Positions 35,999 through 46,753 of a stretch of 64,000 bases of DNA are shown piece by piece (positions within the stretch are counted from its first letter, which is position 1; the number at the start of each line of letters is the position of its first letter). Below the pieces are notes generated by a model that was given only the letters and a program-made list of their open reading frames with translations, had not been told where the DNA came from and did no database searches. Source of the stretch: Flectonema sp. DT1601 (taxonomy: Eukaryota); the NCBI GenBank assembly GCA_964019425.1, contig OZ025786.1:372001-436000 (forward strand). Direction: 5' to 3'. A program made the translations under genes and the position numbers.

Positions 35999-36732
35999 CT
36001 TCCCCCCTTGGGAGTTTTGCTTTGGAAAAAAAAAAAAAAAAAAAAAAAAAGTTCGTTGATTAGTGTGAAATGAAATCGAAACTTCCCCTTGTGATAGCAA
36101 AGTTTGTCTTGTTTTTTGTTTTCGGGTAGTTGATTACTAAGGACGGTATCCTTCAACGCTCTCTTGTCTCTGTAGTAGCCTGGTAAATTAATGACAGAGC
36201 TGACGTACAGCCTGTTAAATTTGCGTTATCATTTGGGTTTTCTTTATATTCTTCGACTTTTCTTTTTATTTTCATCGTATTTAGATGATAAGAGGGGGGG
36301 GGTATCACGGAATTTTCTTTAATGAAATTAGTAACAATTCTGAAGACGTTTTACAACACACACTTGATTGTTAGGCGTTGTTTTCTTATCTGTGGCTTGC
36401 ATTGGAAGTGAGTTTTTTTTAAATTTCTTTTTTCTCAGATTAGTTAATTTCGTTTTGAATTTGAAAATATTTATCAGTCAAAATTATTTTTTGCAACCAA
36501 AAAAAAACACCATATTACCATTTTCTCACTGAGCAAGGTAATATGTTATTTTTGCTCGATTTTTTTTTTTTTTTGGAATCGGGGAGGGTGCGATCTGTCA
36601 AAATTGCATAGGAATGTGCTTTTAAACATAGATAGTGCTACTAAAAGGAGATTAATGTCTCTTTGCAATGATAAATGTTAATTCCGACCCTGGATTCATT
36701 GGAGAGATCGAGAAAATCTGAGTAAAAATCAC

Positions 36733-36931
36733 TTCTGGCTTAGAGGCGTTCAGCCATAATCCATCCAGTGGTAGCATCACGGCACTGTCCGATCAGACAA
36801 CCGTAGATACCAGGGACTAGAAACGGGAGTTCCTCTCGTACTACCCCGTATTGCTGTCGACATACACCGCCCCGAGGGAGTCTCTCTCCATCAGTAGGGT
36901 AAAACCAACCTGTCTCACGACGGTCTAACCC
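36733..36931 (-). pseudogene. LSU (28S) rRNA fragment (sarcin-ricin region)
   Basis: Minus strand ttagaccgtcgtgagacaggttggttttaccctactgatg...agtacgagaggaac...ggctgaacgcctctaagccagaa. Confidence 0.9.
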
Positions 36932-37034
36932 CTAATTTTGTTTTTTTTATTACTTCCTTTCTTCCCTCCTGCCCTCAAGAGATTACACTAAGGACTAACT
37001 AACTAGGTTCTAAGGGACTTCAATATAGAATGAC

Positions 37035-37104
37035 GTCCCTTAGAACTTACTGATGAAGGCCTAAAAAGGGACAAGTAGTATAAGATTAAGGCTCCTGGAA
37101 CTAC
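37035..37104 (+). ncRNA. Permuted hammerhead ribozyme copy with core mutation (GAAA to GGAA), probably impaired
   Basis: Same as the other copies but cctggaactac instead of cctgaaactac. Confidence 0.55.
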
Positions 37105-37644
37105 ATATTCTATTACCCTTTGATGTTAGGAAACTGCAGAAATGAGTACTTTTCTGTTACTAATCTCTACTTTTTATTCTCACTTTTCTATACTAAAATT
37201 AATAAAACTAGCTAACCAAGTTCTTCTTGGCGGAAACCAGAGCCTCATTCAGGATATCACCGAATAGTCTCAAAGTAAGTTCAAAAAGACTGGTAGTAAC
37301 AACCTGCTTCACTGGCACATGCTTAGTACTCTTTAATATATTTTTGCTCGATTTTTTTTCTCTGGATCCCGCTGGGTACTTGTCTATGGCTGGGTTGATT
37401 TAGTAAACCACAAAATTTCTTTTCCCGGTTTTGGCGACAAGTATGTGATGTCAACCTCCCGATTTCGTTCGGAAATGAACCGAACGATGCGGCATTAAAA
37501 TGCCGCCTCGACCGAAATTCTTACACCTTCTTTCGAAAATCCTTTTCATTTTCCAGAATTTGGTCGCAAAAAATAATTTTTACTGATTTTTTTTTTTGTT
37601 TTTATTAGATTTCAGTTTTCTTCTCTATACAGCCGACTGTGTCA

Positions 37645-38327
37645 ATGCAGGCCTCACGCCTTACGAGGTCAGCGATACATCTTTCCAGATGCAGAAGCTC
37701 TTGGCTGCAAACAAGAACGAAGCCTACGGCCATACCTGTAAGTTCGTCCACACCAGTAGATACCTCCCCGCCTGTGAGGCATAATACTGTACGGAATGCG
37801 AAGCGAAGAATGGAACGATTATTACGACTCCACGATGGGGAAGAGCCACAAGTAGAAAAGAAGAATTTACCTTGTACTCCGTTTGCGGCCTACGCACGCT
37901 CTCGAAGTAAAAATTTCAAAGAAGCTGCCGCAGGGTGGAGGGTATGTCATCATATCGGTTTTTTAAAAAAATGATAAAAATAATTTGCTGTTGGCTATGT
38001 TAAAAAACCTTGAGGCTTCACGAGGTCGTGCTTCCATAAGGCGCTGCTTACTAGCTGGTATACACAACCCGACCACAGGAGATGAGTGACACTGAGAAGG
38101 TTCCGTATTTTGAAGTGGCCAGCAAAAACAGGGCGAGTATGAAGCAGTGTGAAGCACCAAATAAAAGTAGGAACTCGTACGCGGCTTTTGTGAAAGCGAA
38201 TTATGGCGATGTACGTGCTAAAGTGATGGAAGAAAACAAATTCGATGAAGATAAAGTTTCTATCTATAAACAAACAATAAGAAGAGTTGCAATACTATAC
38301 AGAGAACAACACAGAGTAAATCGGTAA
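37645..38327 (+). CDS. HMG-box protein copy 1, possibly mitochondrial; exons 37645-37941, 38079-38327
   Basis: Phase-0 gtatgt..cacag intron joins PFAAY..FKEAAAGWR|EMSDTEKVPYFEVASKNR (HMG-box helices); second box-like NSYAAFVK..RRVAILY; Arg/Ser-rich, acid-free N-terminus; polypyrimidine-AG at 37631. Confidence 0.72.
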
Positions 38328-38535
38328 CGAATACTAATTAACAATACCGGATTCTACGAACACTGCACTGAGTGCACTCATTGAAATCATCATATCCAGT
38401 TGATCAATTTACATTAGAGCTCTGATAGTGTATTGACTAACATTGTATCTGCGTTGTTTTTTTTTTTTTTTTATAATACGAAATTATTATTATTATTATT
38501 ATTTATTTATTTTTTTAATTTTCAGAACGGAATAG

Positions 38536-39285
38536 ATGTCGAAGGATGCTGGTTGGCTAAATAACATCACCGACGGTTTAGAAAGTGAAAATAAAAGTGT
38601 TAAAGAAATTCCTGTTGGTGAAGTTAGATTTTACCCCTTCGGAACACCTGAATTTATAACATACGAGGAATTCTTACTGCTTCCAAGGTGTACTGATATT
38701 ACTTTGGAAGATGTAAGTGAGAGAAGTATTGAGGATGAAAAAATTCGAATTTTTGAAACTTTTCAAACAAAACGAGAACACGAACTTACCAACCACTGGG
38801 ATCTTCAAGAAATGCCGAATAATGAACCATCCTTCAAACATCATTCACTATTAGGAAAGATAGAATCGATGGTTTCAGCAACAATAAAATTTCTCGCTAT
38901 CTGGGGGGTCCTATACCTATTCATAATCGCATTAGGCATCATGGGCAACGCCTTTAAAGTTCTTGGTGGGAAGTCATCGGGCAAAACCTTCAGAGAAAGT
39001 TCCTTGTTATCTAACCCAGTGTCTGGTCTCTGTATAGGTATTTTAGCTACAGTATTAATGCAGTCGTCATCTACTACTACTTCTATAGTCATATCGATGG
39101 CAGCGTCTAACTTGGTTTCGGTGAAAAATGCTGCTAACTTAGTCATGGGTGCCAACATAGGTACATCTATAACTAACACTCTGGTTTCAATAGCTCACTT
39201 AAATAGTCCAGAGCAATATCGAAGAGCGTTTACCGCTGCTGTATTTCACGATATGTTTAACTGGCTTACGGTGTCAGTGTTTCTT
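38536..39285 (+). pseudogene. 5' fragment of the SLC34 gene (copy 1), interrupted by the retroelement
   Basis: Near-identical to 49549-50298, then switches to RT sequence. Confidence 0.9.
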
Positions 39286-40601
39286 AAATTGAAGCAAAAA
39301 ATCTAGACTTAGCTCGGCAACATGACCACTCGTGTAGATACATCGACGACTTCCTCACCTGGAGTTGTGACCCTCCACCAGCAAGCCTGTACTCAATGGA
39401 TTACACTGATACTTCAAATAATATCGATGACGTCTCTTATATAGGAATTTGTATCCGAATAGAGATCACTAACACGAATAAACGATGGATTCGTTTAAGT
39501 GTTAATGACAAAGCCAGGGGTTGGCATATTACGCCAACAAGGTTTACCCATCAGCATTCCGCAGCTCAAGAATCAATGGGTTCAGGTATCTTTACTACCA
39601 TGATTTTGCGAGCTTTAAAAAATTGCAACAATCAGGCAGATTTTTTACAAGAACTTGAAGCGGTAACATATAGATTACTCAACCGGGGCTGTAAATCTGA
39701 CAATATCAGAGCAGCATGCCTCCGCTTCATTAGCTCTCACATTGATGATGGTAATACTGCAGCTGCAATGCGTCGACGTATCAACCTTACTTTTGAGAAG
39801 TTTAGTCACAAAGTCCCATTAAGCATCGAAAAGGATACAATTAACCATACGGGCTCTGCAAGCCATTCCTTGGATAAACGATTTCCATCATCCCTACATC
39901 AAGCATCAGGAGAAGGTCTACTCGGTGGAGAATGCGGATGGGCATCGCTCAACTTCATTGCAGATCATTTATATATTGATAGAATTAGCTTTAGTTTTCT
40001 GCAAAACTACCAACAGAGATTTTATGAAGAATCTCTTAAAGTAGAACCGAACAACTCAGAGCATAAACCATCACCAGATGGTTGGTTCTCGCTACAAGTA
40101 CTTAACATGGCTTGCATGACCAAATTCAACAGGAGAATCGAGTACTTCGTTAACCCAGCAGATTTCGAATATCCTGATACAGCCGCAGCACTTATTCTGC
40201 ATAAAGCGAAAACAAGGATGACTCACTTCTATTGTTGCGCTGGTCTCATTTGAGTCCATCCGAGACATTCTTAAAGGCACAAAGGATTTAAGACTCCCTT
40301 TCGATCATTTTGACAAGATGTACCGAACTACAGAATATAGTTTCCATATGATACCATTAAAAGCTCAGACTGATATGGATGTTACAATGACACCTGCGAA
40401 TATAGGGCCTTTGATGGTATGCGAAGATAAAGTAAAACGCAAATTGGATGACGACTCAACCATTAACTCGACTGTAATAGTGAAACGACCAGACGTCAAA
40501 AATTCAAATTGAGCAAAAGCAAATAAACATTGCTAGCCCTATCCTGGCGAGCTCCGATGGATTTTTATCTTAGAACGATAGCAACTTCAACATAGAATGA
40601 A

Positions 40602-40671
40602 GTCCCTTAGAACTTACTGATGAAGGCCTAAAAAGGGACAAGTAGTATAAGATTAAGGCTCCTGAAACTAC
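40602..40671 (+). ncRNA. Non-circularly permuted hammerhead ribozyme (predicted cut after 40647)
   Basis: ctta-CTGATGA-agg ... gtagt-A-taag ... cct-GAA-actac: stems I, II and III all pair; extra helix gtccctt/aagggac. Confidence 0.72.
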
Positions 40672-40812
40672 ATATTCTATTACCCTTTGATGTTAGGAAA
40701 CTGTGGAAATGAATACTTTTCTTTTACTAATCTCTACTTTTCTTATTCTCACTTTTCTGTTCTAAAGTTAATGATACTAACTAGGTTCTAAGGGACTTCA
40801 ACATAGAATGAG

Positions 40813-40882
40813 GTCCCTTAGAACTTACTGATGAAGGCCTAAAAAGGGACAAGTAGTATAAGATTAAGGCTCCTGAAACTAC
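40813..40882 (+). ncRNA. Permuted hammerhead ribozyme, second tandem copy
   Basis: Identical core 211 nt downstream of the previous copy. Confidence 0.7.
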
Positions 40883-41421
40883 ATATTCTATTACCCTTTG
40901 ATGTTAGGAAACTGCAGAAATGAGTACTGTTCTTTTACTAATCTCTACTTTTTATTCTCACTTTTCTATACTAAAATTAATAAAACTAGCTAACCAAGTT
41001 CTTCTTGGCGGAAACCAGAGCCTCATTCAGGATATCACCGAATAGTCTCAAAGTAAGTTCAAAAAGACTGGTAGTAACAACCTGCTTCACTGGCACATGC
41101 TTAGTACTCTTTAATATATTTTTGCTCGATTTTTTTTCTCTGGATCCCGCTGGGTACTTGTCTACGGCTGGGTTGATTTAGTAAACCACAAAATTTCTTT
41201 TCTCGGTTTTGTCGACAAGAATGTAATGTCAACCTCCCGATTTCGTTCGGAAATGAACCGAACGATGCGGCATTAAAATGCCGCCTCGATCGAAATTTTT
41301 ACACCTTCTTTCGAAAATCCTTTTCATTTTCCAGCATTTGGTCGCAAAAAATAATTTTTACTGATTTTTTTTTTGTTTTTATTGGATTTCAGTTTTCTTC
41401 TCTATACAGCCGACTGTGTCA

Positions 41422-42095
41422 ATGCAGGCCTCACGCCTTACGAGGTCAGCGATACATCTTTCCAGATGCAGAAGCTCTTGGCTGCAAATAAGAACGAAGC
41501 CTACGGCCATACCTGTAAGTTCGTCCACACTAATAGATACCTCCCCGCCTGTGAGGCATAATATTGTACGGAATGCGAAGCGAAGAATGGAACGATTATT
41601 ACGACTCCACGATGGGGAAAAGCCACAAGTAGAAAAGAAGAATTTACCTTGTACTGCGTTTGCGGCCTACGTACTCTCTCGAAGTAAAAATTTCAAAGAA
41701 GCTGCCGCAGGGTGGAGGGTATGTCATCATATCGGTTTTTTAAAAAAATGATAAAAATAATTTGCTGTTGGCTATATTAAAAAACCTTGAGGCTTCACGA
41801 GGTCGTGCTTCCATAAGGCGCTGCTTACTAGCTGGTATACACAACCCGACCACAGGAGATGAGTGACACTGAGAAGGTTCCGTATTTTGAAGTGGCCAGC
41901 AAAAACAGGGCGAGTATGAAGCAGTGTGGAGTACCAACGAACTCGTACGCGGCTTTTGTGAAATCGAATTTTGGCGATGTACGTGCTAAAGTGGTGGAAG
42001 AAAACAAATTCGATAAAGATAAAGTTTCTATCTTTAAACAAACATTAAGAAGAGTTGCAATACTATACAGAGAACACCACAGAGTAAATCGGTAA
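41422..42095 (+). CDS. HMG-box protein copy 2; exons 41422-41718, 41856-42095
   Basis: Same structure as copy 1; intact frame and splice sites. Confidence 0.72.
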
Positions 42096-42301
42096 CGAAT
42101 ACTAATTAACAATACCGGATTCTACGAACACTGCACTGAGTGCACTCATTGAAATCATCATACGCAGTTGATCAATTTACATTAGAGCTCTGATAGTGTA
42201 TTGACTAACATTGTATCTGCGTTGCTTTTTTTTTTTTTATAATACGAAATTATTATTATTATTATTATTTATTTATTTTTTTAATTTTCAGAACGGAATA
42301 G

Positions 42302-42999
42302 ATGTCGAAGGATGCTGGTTGGCTAAATAACATCACCGACGGTTTAGAAAGTGAAAATAAAAGTGTTAAAGAAATTCCTGTTGGTGAAGTTAGATTTTAC
42401 CCCTTCGGAACACCTGAATTTATAACATACGAGGAATTCTTACTGCTTCCAAGGTGTACTGATATTACTTTGGAAGATGTAAGTGAGAGAAGCATTGAGG
42501 ATGAAAAAATTCGAATTTTTGAAACTTTTCAAACAAAACGAGAACACGAACTTACCAACCACTGGGATCTTCAAGAAATGCCGAATAATGAACCATCCTT
42601 CAAACATCATTCACTATTAGGAAAGATAGAATCGATGGTTTCAGCAACAATAAAATTTCTCGCTATCTGGGGGGTCCTATACCTATTCATAATCGCATTA
42701 GGCATCATGGGCAACGCCTTTAAAGTTCTTGGTGGGAAGTCATCGGGCAAAACCTTCAGAGAAAGTTCCTTGTTATCTAACCCAGTGTCTGGTCTCTGTA
42801 TAGGTATTTTAGCTACAGTATTAATGCAGTCGTCATCTACTACTACTTCTATAGTCATATCGATGGCAGCGTCTAACTTGGTTTCGGTGAAAAATGCTGC
42901 TAACTTAGTCATGGGTGCCAACATAAGTACATCTATAACTAACACTCTGGTTTCAATAGCTCACTTAAGTTTAACTGGCTTACGGTGTCAGTGTTTCTT
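42302..42999 (+). pseudogene. 5' fragment of the SLC34 gene (copy 2) with a 52-bp deletion
   Basis: Lacks the equivalent of 39203-39254. Confidence 0.9.
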
Positions 43000-44819
43000 A
43001 AATTGAAGCAAAAAATCTAGACTTAGCTCGGCAACATGACCACTCGTGTAGATACATCGACGACTTCCTCACCTGGAGTTGTGACCCTCCACCAGCAAGC
43101 CTGTACTCAATGGATTACACTGATACTTCAAATAATATCGATGACGTCTCTTATATAGGAATTTGTATCCGAATAGAGATCACTAACACAAATAAACGAT
43201 GGATTCGTTTAAGTGTTAACGACAAAGCCAGGGGTTGGCATATTACACCAACAAGGTTTACCCATCAGCATTCCGCAGCTCAAGAATCAATGGGTTCAGG
43301 TATCTTTACTACCATGATCTTGCGAGCTTTAAAAATTTGCAACAATCAGGCAGATTTTTTACAAGAACTTGAAGCGGTAACATATAGATTACTCAACCGG
43401 GGCTGTAAATCTGACAATATCAGAGCAGCATGCCTCCGCTTCATTAGCTCTCACATTGATGATGGTAATACTGCAGCTGCAATGCGTCGACGTATCAACC
43501 TTACTTTTGAGAAGTTTAGTCACAAAGTCCCATTAAGCATCGAAAAGGATACAATTAACCATACGGGCTCTGCAAGCCATTCCTTGGATAAACGATTTCC
43601 ATCATCCCTACATCAAGCATCAGGAGAAGGTCTACTCGGTGGAGAATGCGGATGGGCATCGCTCAACTTCATTGCAGATCATTTATATATTGATAGAATT
43701 AGCTTTAGTTTTCTGCAAAACTACCAACAGAGATTTTATGAAGAATCTCTTAAAGTAGAACCGAACAACTCAGAGCATAAACCATCACCAGATGGTTGGT
43801 TCTCGCTACAAGTACTTAACATGGCTTGCATGACCAAATTCAACAGGAGAATCGAGTACTTCGTTAACCCAGCAGATTTCGAATATCCTGATACAGCCGC
43901 AGCACTTATTCTGCATAAAGCGAAAACAAGGATGACTCACTTCTATTGTTGCGCTGGTCTCATTTGAGTCCATCCGAGACATTCTTAAAGGCACAAAGGA
44001 TTTAAGACTCCCTTTCGATCATTTTGACAAGATGTACCGAACTACAGAATATAGTTTCCATATGATACCATTAAAAGCTCAGACTGATATGGATGTTACA
44101 ATGACACCTGCGAATATAGGGCCTTTGATGGTATGCGAAGATAAAGTAAAACGCAAATTGGATGACGACTCAACCATTAACTCGACTGTAATAGTGAAAC
44201 GACCAGACGTCAAAAATTCAAATTGAGCAAAAGCAAATAAACATTGCTAGCCCTATCCTGGCGAGCTCCGATGGATTTTTATCTTAGAACGATAGCAACT
44301 TCAACATAGAATGAAGTCCCTTAGAACTTACTGATGAAGGCCTAAAAAGGGACAAGTAGTATAAGATTAAGGCTCCTGAAACTACATATTCTATTACCCT
44401 TTGATGTTAGGAAACTGTGGAAATGAATACTTTTCTTTTACTAATCTCTACTTTTCTTATTCTCACTTTTCTGTTCTAAAGTTAATGATACTAACTAGGT
44501 TCTAAGGGACTTCAACATAGAATGAGGTCCCTTAGAACTTACTGATGAAGGCCTAAAAAGGGACAAGTAGTATAAGATTAAGGCTCCTGAAACTACATAT
44601 TCTATTACCCTTTGATGTTAGGAAACTGCAGAAATGAGTACTGTTCTTTTACTAATCTCTACTTTTTATTCTCACTTTTCTATACTAAAATTAATAAAAC
44701 TAGCTAACCAAGTTCTTCTTGGCGGAAACCAGAGCCTCATTCAGGATATCACCGAATAGTCTCAAAGTAAGTTTAAAAAGACTGGTAGTAACAACCTGCC
44801 TCACTGGCACTCTTTAATA
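43000..44819 (+). mobile_element. Penelope-like element copy 2 (hammerheads at 44316-44385 and 44527-44596)
   Basis: Near-identical to copy 1. Confidence 0.8.
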
Positions 44820-45123
44820 TATTTTTGCTCGATTTTTTTTCTCTGGATCCCGCTGGGTACTTGTCTACGGCTGGGTTGATTTAGTAAACCATAAAATTTC
44901 TTTTCTCGGTTTTGTCGACAAGAATGTAATGTCAACCTCCCGATTTCGTTCGGAAATGAACCGAACGATGCGGCATTAAAATGCCGCCTCGATCGAAATT
45001 TTTACACCTTCTTTCGAAAATCCTTTTCATTTTCCAGCATTTGGTCGCAAAAAATAATTTTTACTGATTTTTTTTTGTTTTTATTGGATTTCAGTTTTCT
45101 TCTCTATACAGCCGACTGTGTCA

Positions 45124-45797
45124 ATGCAGGCCTCACGCCTTACGAGGTCAGCGATACATCTTTCCAGATGCAGAAGCTCTTGGCTGCAAACAAGAACGAA
45201 GCCTACGGCCATACCTGTAAGTTCGTCCACACTAGTAGATACCTCCCCGCCTGTGAGGCATAATATTGTACGGAATGCGAAGCGAAGAATGGAACGATTA
45301 TTACGACTCCACGATGGGGAAAAGCCACAAGTAGAAAAGAAGAATTTACCTTGTTCTCCGTTTGCGGCCTACGTACTCTCTCGAAGTAAAAATTTCAAAG
45401 AAGCTGCCGCAGGGTGGAGGGTATGTCATCATATCGGTTTTTTAAAAAAATGATAAAAATAATTTGCTGTTGGCTATATTAAAAAACCTTGAGGCTTCAC
45501 GAGGTCGTGCTTCCATAAGGCGCTGCTTACTAGCTGGTATACACAACCCGACCACAGGAGATGAGTGACACTGAGAAGGTTCCGTATTTTGAAGTGGCCA
45601 GCAAAAACAGGGCGAGTATGAAGCAGTGTGGAGTACCAACGAACTCGTACGCGGCTTTTGTGAAATTGAATTTTGGCGATGTACGTGCTAAAGTAGTGGA
45701 AGAAAACAAATTCGATAAAGATAAAGATTCTATCTTTGGAAAAACATTAAGAAGAGTTGCAATACTATACAGAGAACACCACAGAGTAAATCGGTAA
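45124..45797 (+). CDS. HMG-box protein copy 3; exons 45124-45420, 45558-45797
   Basis: Same structure as copy 1; intact. Confidence 0.72.
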
Positions 45798-46003
45798 CGA
45801 ATACTAATTAACAATACCGGATTCTACGAACACTGCACTGAGTGCACTCATTGAAATCATCATACGCAGTTGATCAATTTACATTAGAGCTCTGATAGTG
45901 TATTGACTAACATTGTATCTGCGTTGCTTTTTTTTTTTTTATAATACGAAATTATTATTATTATTATTATTTATTTATTTTTTTAATTTTCAGAACGGAA
46001 TAG

Positions 46004-46753
46004 ATGTCGAAGGATGCTGGTTGGCTAAATAACATCACCGACGGTTTAGAAAGTGAAAATAAAAGTGTTAAAGAAATTCCTGTTGGTGAAGTTAGATTTT
46101 ACCCCTTCGGAACACCTGAATTTATAACATACGAGGAATTCTTACTGCTTCCAAGGTGTACTGATATTACTTTGGAAGATGTAAGTGAGAGAAGCATTGA
46201 GGATGAAAAAATTCGAATTTTTGAAACTTTTCAAACAAAACGAGAACACGAACTTACCAACCACTGGGATCTTCAAGAAATGCCGAATAATGAACCATCC
46301 TTCAAACATCATTCACTATTAGGAAAGATAGAATCGATGGTTTCAGCAACAATAAAATTTCTCGCTATCTGGGGGGTCCTATACCTATTCATAATCGCAT
46401 TAGGCATCATGGGCAACGCCTTTAAAGTTCTTGGTGGGAAGTCATCGGGCAAAACCTTCAGAGAAAGTTCCTTGTTATCTAACCCAGTGTCTGGTCTCTG
46501 TATAGGTATTTTAGCTACAGTATTAATGCAGTCGTCATCTACTACTACTTCTATAGTCATATCGATGGCAGCGTCTAACTTGGTTTCGGTGAAAAATGCT
46601 GCTAACTTAGTCATGGGTGCCAACATAGGTACATCTATAACTAACACTCTGGTTTCAATAGCTCACTTAAATAGTCCAGAGCAATATCGAAGAGCGTTTA
46701 CCGCTGCTGTATTTCACGATATGTTTAACTGGCTTACGGTGTCAGTGTTTCTT
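46004..46753 (+). pseudogene. 5' fragment of the SLC34 gene (copy 3)
   Basis: Same junction as copies 1 and 2. Confidence 0.9.

Larger units (their letters stand above)
36560..37338. mobile_element. Composite retro-insertion: T15 + unknown sequence + antisense LSU fragment + Penelope-like 3' repeat with hammerhead
   Basis: Flanked by tatttttgctcga(T)n at 36547-36559 and 37339-37351. Confidence 0.65.
39286..41116 (+). mobile_element. 5'-truncated Penelope-like retroelement, copy 1 (RT C-terminus + Josephin-like domain + two 211-bp hammerhead repeats)
   Basis: RYIDD (YIDD at 39339-39350), VSYIGI, thumb HQHSA..GIF..ILRA..CNNQADFLQEL..LLNRG; 1-nt frameshift near 40228 relative to copy 3. Confidence 0.8.

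Noticed and set aside
36925..36935. ctaacccctaa as a telomeric repeat at the rRNA/element junction
   Set aside because: Only one imperfect unit, largely explained by the rRNA sequence itself.
37207..37345. Short minus-strand open frame (NILKSTKHVPVKQ...KKNLVS) in the element tail
   Set aside because: About 45 codons, no start or motif, and disrupted by an 11-bp deletion in later copies.
40580..40990. Direct repeats as a possible CRISPR array
   Set aside because: 211-bp near-identical units with no unique spacers, no cas genes and a eukaryotic context.
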